IMG/VR virus record: IMGVR_UViG_3300046786_000203
Coordinates: 1 to 52,505 of that record
Reading direction: 5' to 3' (one strand)
From: a virus
Taxonomy: Duplodnaviria; Caudoviricetes
Length of the DNA: 52,505 nucleotides
The position numbers and the translations under genes were made by a program. The notes beneath the pieces were generated by a model. That model saw nothing but the letters and a program-made list of their open reading frames with translations, searched no databases and was not told where the DNA came from. Below, piece after piece: positions 46,882 to 52,505 of the stretch (its first letter is position 1; each line of letters opens with the position of its first letter).

Positions 46882-46928
46882 CAACTTTTTTAAAGTTTTT
46901 GCAAATATTTTTATACTACTTTTGTTTT

Positions 46929-47003
46929 TGGTCCGGCGTAAGGGAATCGAACCCCTATAATCACTTTAGAAGAATGATGTCCTATCCGTTGAACGAACGC
47001 CAG
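46929..47003 (-). tRNA. tRNA-Arg(TCT)
   Basis: Cloverleaf, loop CUUCUAA. Confidence 0.92.
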
Positions 47004-47076
47004 ATGAATTTCTTAGTTGTCTCTATTATAGAGGATTGTTGAATTATTGTCAAGCCTTTGCTCAACAATTTTTGAT

Positions 47077-47152
47077 TGGCTCCTCAACCTGGGCTCGAAC
47101 CAGGGACCAACGGATTAACAGTCCGGCACTCTACCAACTGAGCTATTGAGGA
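47077..47152 (-). tRNA. tRNA-Asn(GTT)
   Basis: Cloverleaf. Confidence 0.95.
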
Positions 47153-47160
47153 ATAAAATT

Positions 47161-47237
47161 TGGTGCCGCTTGTCGGATTCGAACTGACGACCTATCGCTT
47201 ACAAGGCGAGTGCTCTGGCCAACTGAGCTAAAGCGGC
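47161..47237 (-). tRNA. tRNA-Thr(TGT)
   Basis: Cloverleaf. Confidence 0.95.
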
Positions 47238-47308
47238 GTATAAAATTATTTATATGAAGTATATCACTGCGAAACTTTTTTGTCAAGCCTCGCAGTGATA
47301 ATTTCTTC

Positions 47309-47869
47309 CTATGAAAGCAAGATTCTAGAATGCTTTGGAACACCTGCTAGCAAGTATTCCATTTGATCTGCAAGAATAGTTCTATGCTGTAGAATCATGT
47401 TTTCGTAATGGTTAGGTGCATAAGGTGCATACAATAGTTCCATACGTGCTTCTTTCAAAGACTTATGGCCCTTCTTGCTGTTACATTCTTTACATGCAGT
47501 AACCACGTTCATCCAAGTGTTTTCACCACCACTGTATCTAGGTACAATGTGGTCACGACTTAGATTGTTGTAGTTAGGGTGATGTTCACCGCAGTATGCA
47601 CACACGTATCGGTCACGACCAAACAATGTTCGGTTAGTTAATGCTACAGTGGCGTGCTTGTGTGGGTTAAAGCTATGACCCTTAATCGCAATGATTGAGG
47701 GAGTTTCTAGGTAGCTTTCGGTTCCGTCGTTTTGAATACCACCACGATACTTAGCCACAACTTCACCCATTGACCATGCTACTGAATCAGTTGCGTGGTA
47801 GGCGATTGCGTCATCGTATGAAATCCACTGCCGGGGAACGCCCGAAATGTCTAGTGCTAGAACAGCCAT
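47309..47869 (-). CDS. HNH endonuclease
   Basis: RDRYVCAYCG, DHIVP..GG..TWMNVVTACKECNSKK. Confidence 0.92.
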   Translation of the reverse strand: MAVLALDISGVPRQWISYDDAIAYHATDSVAWSMGEVVAKYRGGIQNDGTESYLETPSIIAIKGHSFNPHKHATVALTNRTLFGRDRYVCAYCGEHHPNYNNLSRDHIVPRYSGGENTWMNVVTACKECNSKKGHKSLKEARMELLYAPYAPNHYENMILQHRTILADQMEYLLAGVPKHSRILLS

Positions 47870-47912
47870 GCTATACTCCTTTTTTACTGTCTACATTTAT
47901 TTAATGCCTTGT

Positions 47913-47987
47913 TGGAGGGTCATGTAGGAATTGAACCTACGTCATGAGTTTCGAAGACTCGTATGCTATCCATTGCACCAATGACCC
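47913..47987 (-). tRNA. tRNA-Arg(TCG)
   Basis: Cloverleaf, loop CUUCGAA. Confidence 0.88.
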
Positions 47988-48029
47988 ATACTATGATTAT
48001 ATGACAAATACCATTATTTGTCAACTATT

Positions 48030-48108
48030 TGGTACCCCCTCTCGGAGTCGAACCGAGAGAACTCTTCCTTTTGAGAGAAGCGACTTTGCCAGATTTGTCC
48101 AAGGGGGC
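48030..48108 (-). tRNA. tRNA-Leu(CAA), short variable region
   Basis: Loop CUCAAAA; no long variable arm. Confidence 0.85.
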
Positions 48109-48113
48109 ATATC

Positions 48114-48287
48114 TCATTTAGGTTCAGGAATTTTTCTTAGTGATTCTTTTTTCATAAGACAATCACGTTGAGTCCCAAACTTAAATACTCGCAAGTATTC
48201 AATGCCATCAATAAGTTGAATGGCTTTAGTGTCCTTGCAATAAAATTTCTCCTTATTGCGGAGATTTTCAAAGTAAATTGTTTTCAT
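48114..48287 (-). CDS. Small hypothetical protein (57 aa)
   Basis: AGGAG RBS; MKTIYFENLRNKEKFYC...IDGIEYLRV. Confidence 0.6.
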   Translation of the reverse strand: MKTIYFENLRNKEKFYCKDTKAIQLIDGIEYLRVFKFGTQRDCLMKKESLRKIPEPK

Positions 48288-48301
48288 TATTATCTCCTAC
48301 A

Positions 48302-48378
48302 TGGTACCCCAGATGGGACTCGAACCCACAAATACAACGACCTCAACGTTGCGTGTATACCAATTCCACCACCGGGGC
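48302..48378 (-). tRNA. tRNA-Leu(GAG), short variable region
   Basis: Loop UUGAGGU; no long variable arm. Confidence 0.85.
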
Positions 48379-48386
48379 ATTATAAA

Positions 48387-48499
48387 ACAGGATACATTCT
48401 TGACGAATGCTCTACCAATGAGCTAATCTGGCATGAAGCCAAATACTGGAGTCGAACCAGTAACCTATCGTTTGTGATAGTTTTGCTGTATGTATCCTA
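48387..48499 (-). ncRNA. CAGCAA-stem RNA 6: circularly permuted tRNA-like (YrlA-like)
   Basis: AGGAUAC-AUA-CAGCAA; CUAUC/GAUAG arm; T arm ACUGG-UUCGACU-CCAGU; loop-closed acceptor AUUUGGC/GCCAGAU; D arm UAGCUCAUUGGUAGAGC; GUAUCCU-GU. Confidence 0.85.
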
Positions 48500-48503
48500 A
48501 AAT

Positions 48504-48560
48504 TGGCGGGACATTTTTGATTGCAGTTAAGATACTTGCCAGCATCTATTTTTTTGTCCC
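48504..48560 (-). ncRNA. Mini RNA: acceptor-like stem ending in GCCA, no D or T arm
   Basis: GGGACA...UGUCCC-G-CCA between two family members. Confidence 0.35.
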
Positions 48561-48565
48561 ATAAC

Positions 48566-48688
48566 TGGTGTTGCCGCTGGGATTCGAACCCAGATTTCTT
48601 CCTTGACATGGATTAAGAAGAATGCTGAACGGACTCTAAAAACAGAGTCACCCTTTTATAAGCGTCCTAACCATTAGACGACAGCAAC
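48566..48688 (-). tRNA. tRNA (Asp-GUC-like) with a 48-nt insertion carrying the CAGCA module
   Basis: Acceptor GUUGCUG/CGGCAAC-ACCA, D and T arms intact; insertion contains GACUCU-G-UUUUU-AGAGUC-CGUU-CAGCAU. Confidence 0.7.
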
Positions 48689-48689
48689 A

Positions 48690-49055
48690 TTAAATTCCTA
48701 TATTCTTTCTTCCTCGTTTTCTAGCAAATGAAATACTGCCCTTCATTGCTGTAGCACAAAGAAACTTGTCACCTTTTTTCAAAGTGAATTCGTTTAGTCT
48801 AAATCCTTTGATGACTCTATCACCATTCCACCATTGACGTTGAGTTTCAATGTAACCTAGTTCTTCTAACTGATTACGCAACTTTGTAAACTCGTCATGG
48901 TCTTTGTGGGAAAGACTATAACTCTTATCGTATCCTTTTAAGATTTTGACAATATCTTCATGAGTAGGATTATTGCGATCTTTGATAAAGTCATGTTCTT
49001 CTCTGACTGCTACATCGCAAATAAACTGCTCGTCAATTGTAAATTGTTTCAGCAT
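48690..49055 (-). CDS. Hypothetical protein
   Basis: AAGGAG RBS before MLKQFTIDE. Confidence 0.7.
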   Translation of the reverse strand: MLKQFTIDEQFICDVAVREEHDFIKDRNNPTHEDIVKILKGYDKSYSLSHKDHDEFTKLRNQLEELGYIETQRQWWNGDRVIKGFRLNEFTLKKGDKFLCATAMKGSISFARKRGRKNIGI

Positions 49056-49069
49056 TGTTACTCCTTGAT

Positions 49070-49145
49070 TGGTGGCGACGGTCGGACTCGAACCAACCAC
49101 ACACGGATTTTCAATCCGTTGCTCTACCTGATGAGCTACGTCGCC
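49070..49145 (-). tRNA. tRNA-Phe(GAA)
   Basis: Cloverleaf. Confidence 0.93.
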
Positions 49146-49162
49146 ACTTAAAACCTATTAGG

Positions 49163-49235
49163 GGTGTTCTATGGGGAACGATCCCATACTACCAAGTTCA
49201 CAGCATGGTGTGCAGACCACTACACTAAGAACACC
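49163..49235 (-). tRNA. tRNA-His(GTG), no encoded CCA, atypical T loop
   Basis: G-1:C73, loop CUGUGAA, T loop AUCGUUC; flanks extend the acceptor stem. Confidence 0.8.
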
Positions 49236-49276
49236 CCTAATAAGTCTTTTGATAAATAAAGTTTTAAGGAAACAAT

Positions 49277-49606
49277 ATGGACGAACTAATCGCCGATATA
49301 AAAAATATCTTGCATCTGGCGCCGGCTAGAAGTTCTATTATAATGTTTAAAGCATTAATTGAAAAGCAATCAGGGTCAGTTAAAGTAACTATAGAATCTA
49401 CATTAGAATACTATGAGACACGAACTAACGATGACTGGTCTACTCCTATACTAACCAACCAACGACACATGGAAAAAATCAGAGATACTGGTCTTGCTAT
49501 TGGTTCATTAGAAGCCTTTTTGCATGATAGAAATATCACGTATGATATTTCATATCAAGAAGGTGAAGCTGAAGAAATTATTACAGAGGTAACAATATAT
49601 GCTTAA
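49277..49606 (+). CDS. Hypothetical protein
   Basis: ATAAATA upstream and AAGGA RBS. Confidence 0.6.
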   Translation: MDELIADIKNILHLAPARSSIIMFKALIEKQSGSVKVTIESTLEYYETRTNDDWSTPILTNQRHMEKIRDTGLAIGSLEAFLHDRNITYDISYQEGEAEEIITEVTIYA

Positions 49607-50192
49607 TACACCTGAGGTTATAAAATACAATAAATTTAGACATACAGTACGTTCATTTAATGTAAATGAAACAGTTAGTGATGAATTACTAGAGTATGTA
49701 AATGCCACTATTAATGAATATATTACAACACACAATCTAGATGTTAATGTAGTAGTGCTTACTGACCGTAGTGCAATTCAACAACTATATGCTAATGCAT
49801 TGCATCAGGATGAACCAAAAGAATTTGCATGGAAAACAAATCCACAAATACTCGCGCCGCTTGTATTGTCATTGATACCAAAGAGGAATGGCAATAAAAT
49901 GGAAATGCTTCATATCGGAAGACTGTATGCTAACATAGCACTACACGCTATTGATCTAGGTTATTCGTCTGGATTCTGCACGTGCTTTAACTTACGTGCT
50001 ATTGAATCATACGAAAAAATTGCACACATTTCCAATAGAGATCCTGATACTGATGAAAGAATTCGTCCTACATTTTTGGCTATAGGACATATGTTAGATG
50101 CTACTAAAGCTCATAACTGGTCTTACATAGATCATGGTCATTATATACAAAGTCATGTTAAACCACATGACAACTACATTACCATTGCATGA
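49599..50192 (+). CDS. Nitroreductase-like protein
   Basis: RHTVRSF, AP.VL, A..LGYSSGFC and LAIGH motifs. Confidence 0.7.
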   Translation: MLNTPEVIKYNKFRHTVRSFNVNETVSDELLEYVNATINEYITTHNLDVNVVVLTDRSAIQQLYANALHQDEPKEFAWKTNPQILAPLVLSLIPKRNGNKMEMLHIGRLYANIALHAIDLGYSSGFCTCFNLRAIESYEKIAHISNRDPDTDERIRPTFLAIGHMLDATKAHNWSYIDHGHYIQSHVKPHDNYITIA

Positions 50193-50722
50193 TATATTGC
50201 AAATCATTAAACTTAACAGTATCACCTTTAATAAATGAAAGTGATATTGTTAAGCAAACTGAAAGGCATATAGAGATAAATCTAGATAGAATCAATCCAA
50301 TCCTATATGCATATTTAAAATTACTCGGAGTACGAGTAAGCTACGCAGAATGCTTTCGTTTAAATCCATATCAAGAAAATAACATACACACTGATACAGT
50401 GAGAGGAGATTATGTTAAAATCAATTGGATTTACGGTGGCAAAGACAGCACTATGAGTTGGTATACACCAAACACAATCACTACAAAAAATCTAATGCAC
50501 ACTGCAACCGGAACTACGTATGAAAATTATACAGTAGATGAAGTTACACTAGCACATCGACAGTCATTGAGAAGCCCTAGCTTAGTACAAGTAGGTGTTC
50601 CGCATGATGTTCAAAACTATAGTGAAGTGCGTCATGCACTTAGCCTTGTCATAGCTAAAGGCGACAATCGACTTACGATGACAGAAGCTATTGACATATT
50701 CAAAGAATACATCTTAGAATAA
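50189..50722 (+). CDS. Cupin/2OG-Fe(II) oxygenase-like protein
   Basis: IHTD...KINWIYGG...VQVGVPHDVQN; paralog of 41244..41795. Confidence 0.65.
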   Translation: MIYCKSLNLTVSPLINESDIVKQTERHIEINLDRINPILYAYLKLLGVRVSYAECFRLNPYQENNIHTDTVRGDYVKINWIYGGKDSTMSWYTPNTITTKNLMHTATGTTYENYTVDEVTLAHRQSLRSPSLVQVGVPHDVQNYSEVRHALSLVIAKGDNRLTMTEAIDIFKEYILE

Positions 50723-50830
50723 ACAGGATGATGTGTCTAAAGCCGGGAGTCGAACCCACGACACGCCCCCAAATGGGCTGGCCTGCAAAAGTTTTGGCTG
50801 CAGAAATTTTATGTTGCTGTAGTCATCCTA
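50723..50830 (-). ncRNA. CAGCAA-stem RNA 7 (anticodon-like, variable-like and T arms)
   Basis: AGGAUGA-CUA-CAGCAA...CUGCAG/UUGCAG hairpin...GGG-UUCGACU-CCC...UCAUCCU-GU. Confidence 0.78.
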
Positions 50831-50834
50831 TAAC

Positions 50835-50909
50835 TGGTGGATGTAAGTAGATTCGAACTACTGACCTGCTCCGTATGAAGGAGATGCACTACCGCTGTGC
50901 TATACATCC
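50835..50909 (-). tRNA. tRNA-Met(CAT)
   Basis: Cloverleaf, loop UUCAUAC. Confidence 0.9.
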
Positions 50910-50917
50910 ATTAATCT

Positions 50918-50992
50918 TGGTGCTGATGGCGAGATTTGAACTCACGACCTCTTCCTTACCAAGGAAGTACACTACCACTGTGTTACATCAGC
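50918..50992 (-). tRNA. tRNA-Thr(GGT)
   Basis: Cloverleaf. Confidence 0.92.
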
Positions 50993-50995
50993 ATA

Positions 50996-51113
50996 ACAGG
51001 TTCTCTTTTTTCGTGCTACCACTACACTAACGTGATGACCAATTCACGTCCGGGATTCGAACCCGGCCTCTCTTTTTTACAGAAAGATTATTTTAATTGC
51101 TGAAAAGAACCTA
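50996..51113 (-). ncRNA. CAGCAA-stem RNA 8: circularly permuted tRNA with a Tyr GUA loop (YrlA-like)
   Basis: AGGUUCU-UUU-CAGCAA; UCUUU-CUGUAAA-AAAGA; CCGGG-UUCGAAU-CCCGG; ACGUGA/UCACGU loop-closed acceptor; D arm UAGUGUAGUGGUAGCAC; AGAACCU-GU. Confidence 0.88.
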
Positions 51114-51124
51114 AAGGTCAAACT

Positions 51125-51200
51125 TGGCACCCCCTGATGGACTCGAACCACCGCATGTCGGAATCAAAATCCGATGCCTTACCAACTTGGCGAAGAGGGT
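51125..51200 (-). tRNA. tRNA-Gln(TTG)
   Basis: Cloverleaf. Confidence 0.93.
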
Positions 51201-51208
51201 ATAATATA

Positions 51209-51268
51209 ACAGGATGCTGTTTGCTTTTTTCCAAATAAAAAGTTTTTTAATTTGCTGGAAGCATCCTA
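51209..51268 (-). ncRNA. CAGCAA-stem RNA 9 (short, one inner hairpin)
   Basis: AGGAUGC-UUC-CAGCAA...CUUUUU-AUUUGGA-AAAAAG...GCAUCCU-GU. Confidence 0.75.
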
Positions 51269-51272
51269 AAAC

Positions 51273-51367
51273 TGGCAGAGAGCAGAGGAGTCGAACCCCA
51301 TCCCATTCTTCATGAGAACCTAGTTTTCAAGACTAGTCGGCACACCAACGCGCCTGCATTACTCTCT
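51273..51367 (-). tRNA. Non-canonical (8/4) tRNA-Ser(TGA)
   Basis: 8-bp acceptor AGAGAGUA/UGCUCUCU, 4-bp T stem, 6-bp D stem, long variable arm, GCCA end. Confidence 0.75.
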
Positions 51368-51896
51368 ATATATGATTTTTATATACGTCCGGAAACTTTT
51401 GTTTTAATGCCATTAAAACAACAGGTAACGTATAAGGTCTAGATAAACTCATTGAGACTAGATATCTAGTCTCAGTACTAAAATTTAATCCGCAATGTGG
51501 TTTACTGCCATCAATCAAATACATTGCATTTTTTTTGTAGTACAATGGATGCATATCACGTATGTGATTACCTTGAGCCGGCTGTCCAAATAGTGTAAAA
51601 CTTTTATCGTACACATTTAAACACATAGTCAATGATGCATCTCTATTATAATCGGCGTGCCAATTGAAGCACGAGTTTGGCTCTAAACGTTGTATATAGC
51701 ACCTTCGTGATTCTACGAAAGTGTCTAGTATATATTTTGTCTGAACATCAGTATCGAATGCATCAGGTGATACATTGATACGCCATTCAACATTGTTATT
51801 TTCTCTCCACCAATCATCTACTTTGGCATTGTTTAATGCATCCCATAAATAATCTATAGTTTTATCAGAGCATGTTTCTATTTCAGTATAATACAT
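51366..51896 (-). CDS. Cupin/2OG-Fe(II) oxygenase-like protein
   Basis: WHAD...KPHCGLN...RYLVS; TATAAATA just upstream. Confidence 0.65.
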   Translation of the reverse strand: MYYTEIETCSDKTIDYLWDALNNAKVDDWWRENNNVEWRINVSPDAFDTDVQTKYILDTFVESRRCYIQRLEPNSCFNWHADYNRDASLTMCLNVYDKSFTLFGQPAQGNHIRDMHPLYYKKNAMYLIDGSKPHCGLNFSTETRYLVSMSLSRPYTLPVVLMALKQKFPDVYKNHI

Positions 51897-51914
51897 GCTT
51901 ATATTTATAACGTA

Positions 51915-51989
51915 TGGAGCTCTCGGGCAGATTTGAACTGCCGACGCCGGACTACAAAACCGGAATTTTTCCAACTAAACTACAAGAGC
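51915..51989 (-). tRNA. tRNA-Thr(TGT), second divergent copy
   Basis: Cloverleaf; loop UUUGUAG closed by a U:U pair. Confidence 0.75.
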
Positions 51990-51996
51990 ATAAAAC

Positions 51997-52070
51997 TGGT
52001 GCGGGGTAAGGGAGTCGAACCCTTGACAAGACGTTGGCAACGTCCTATTTTACCGTTAAACTAACCACGC
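51997..52070 (-). tRNA. tRNA-Gly(GCC), second copy with A73
   Basis: Cloverleaf, loop UUGCCAA. Confidence 0.85.
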
Positions 52071-52078
52071 ATTAAAAA

Positions 52079-52175
52079 GGCCCACTGCCTAGGATTCGAA
52101 CCTAGATTACCATGGACGGAATCGAACCGTCTCTTCGGGGTGCGCGCCAACCCGGGGACCCAACCCGCTAGTGGA
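52079..52175 (-). ncRNA. tRNA-like RNA with two tandem T arms
   Basis: GACGG-UUCGAUU-CCGUC and CUAGG-UUCGAAU-CCUAG inside a CCACU/AGUGG stem. Confidence 0.6.
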
Positions 52176-52181
52176 TAAATT

Positions 52182-52257
52182 TGGTACCTGAGACTGGACT
52201 CGAACCAGTATCGCTCTCCGTGTAAAGAAGACGTATGACCTTTCTACGCACTCAGGT
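52182..52257 (-). tRNA. tRNA-Val(TAC), second copy
   Basis: Cloverleaf. Confidence 0.88.
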
Positions 52258-52263
52258 ATAAAC

Positions 52264-52341
52264 TGGAACACCGAGTCAGATTTGAACTGACGACTTTACG
52301 GATTTGCAATCCGTTGCATTTGACCACTCTGCCATCGGTGC
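52264..52341 (-). tRNA. tRNA-Cys(GCA), second copy
   Basis: Cloverleaf, U73. Confidence 0.92.
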
Positions 52342-52348
52342 ATATGTT

Positions 52349-52425
52349 TGGCGCCACCGAAGAGATTCGAACTCCTGACTCCTTCGTTCGTAGCGAAGTA
52401 CTCTAATCCACTGAGTTACGGCGGC
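52349..52425 (-). tRNA. tRNA-Arg(ACG)
   Basis: Cloverleaf, loop CUACGAA. Confidence 0.93.
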
Positions 52426-52437
52426 ATAAATATCGAT

Positions 52438-52505
52438 ATGAAACAAATTGAATACGTAAATTGCATTCCACCAATCCCAGAACATTTACTTGAATCGTTC
52501 TTAGC
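52438..52505 (+). CDS. 3'-truncated ORF, probable paralog of 45178..45636
   Basis: MKQIEYVNCIPPIPEHLL resembles MKHIEYLELPSVPERFL; ATAAATA upstream. Confidence 0.5.
   Translation, partial: MKQIEYVNCIPPIPEHLLESFL

Noticed and set aside
48566-48688. Group I intron in the tRNA
   Set aside because: The 48-nt insertion is far too short for a group I core and is not in the anticodon loop.
37499-51268. CAGCAA-stem repeats as a CRISPR array or simple terminators
   Set aside because: They are dispersed rather than regularly spaced, there are no cas genes, the stem sequence covaries, and the enclosed cargo is long and structured.
39366-52485. Short ORFs overlapping tRNA and ncRNA genes (e.g. 39366, 39766, 40178, 46036, 46164, 46594, 47143, 47944, 48412, 52276)
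   Set aside because: They are translations of tRNA or structured RNA sequence.
1-52505. Alternative genetic code (stop-codon reassignment)
   Set aside because: Recognisable genes are full length under the standard code, and no tRNA has a CUA, UUA or UCA anticodon.

Overview
This is a fragment of a large dsDNA (jumbo, T4-like) bacteriophage genome, read with the standard genetic code. The host is probably a proteobacterium, inferred from the host-like IF-1, ErpA and RpoZ proteins. 1-13.7 kb (+): auxiliary genes (HAD nucleotidase, AbrB-like protein, infA, erpA) and three tail-fibre-like structural genes, ending at a bidirectional terminator. 13.7-37.5 kb (mostly -): early-type genes behind repeated sigma70 promoters, including an AAA ATPase, an NAD salvage set (NAMPT, macro domain, NadM-Nudix), an HD hydrolase, rIIA/rIIB, an ArfA-like peptide, kinase/phosphatase genes and a DUF2828 (TROVE/Ro60-like plus vWA) protein. 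38-52.5 kb: about 38 minus-strand tRNA genes covering all 20 amino acids, interleaved with rpoZ, HNH, methyltransferase, radical SAM and several 2OG-Fe(II) oxygenase-like genes. The main candidate new system is the Ro60-like gene plus a family of about 10 small RNAs. They share a covarying 7-bp closing stem followed by NNN-CAGCA(A/U), and carry different tRNA-derived cargo: isolated anticodon stem-loops (Lys UUU, Met CAU, possibly Gln UUG), circularly permuted YrlA-like tRNA bodies (one with a Tyr GUA loop), and one normally ordered tRNA with the module inserted. Also seen: a second family of structured RNAs of about 200 nt, rrn-type boxB/boxA leaders in front of tRNA operons, long stems that pair with tRNA CCA ends, and a shared GAUAGAC hairpin before both NAD-salvage genes. 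All structures and coordinates were read by eye; no searches or folding programs were run.
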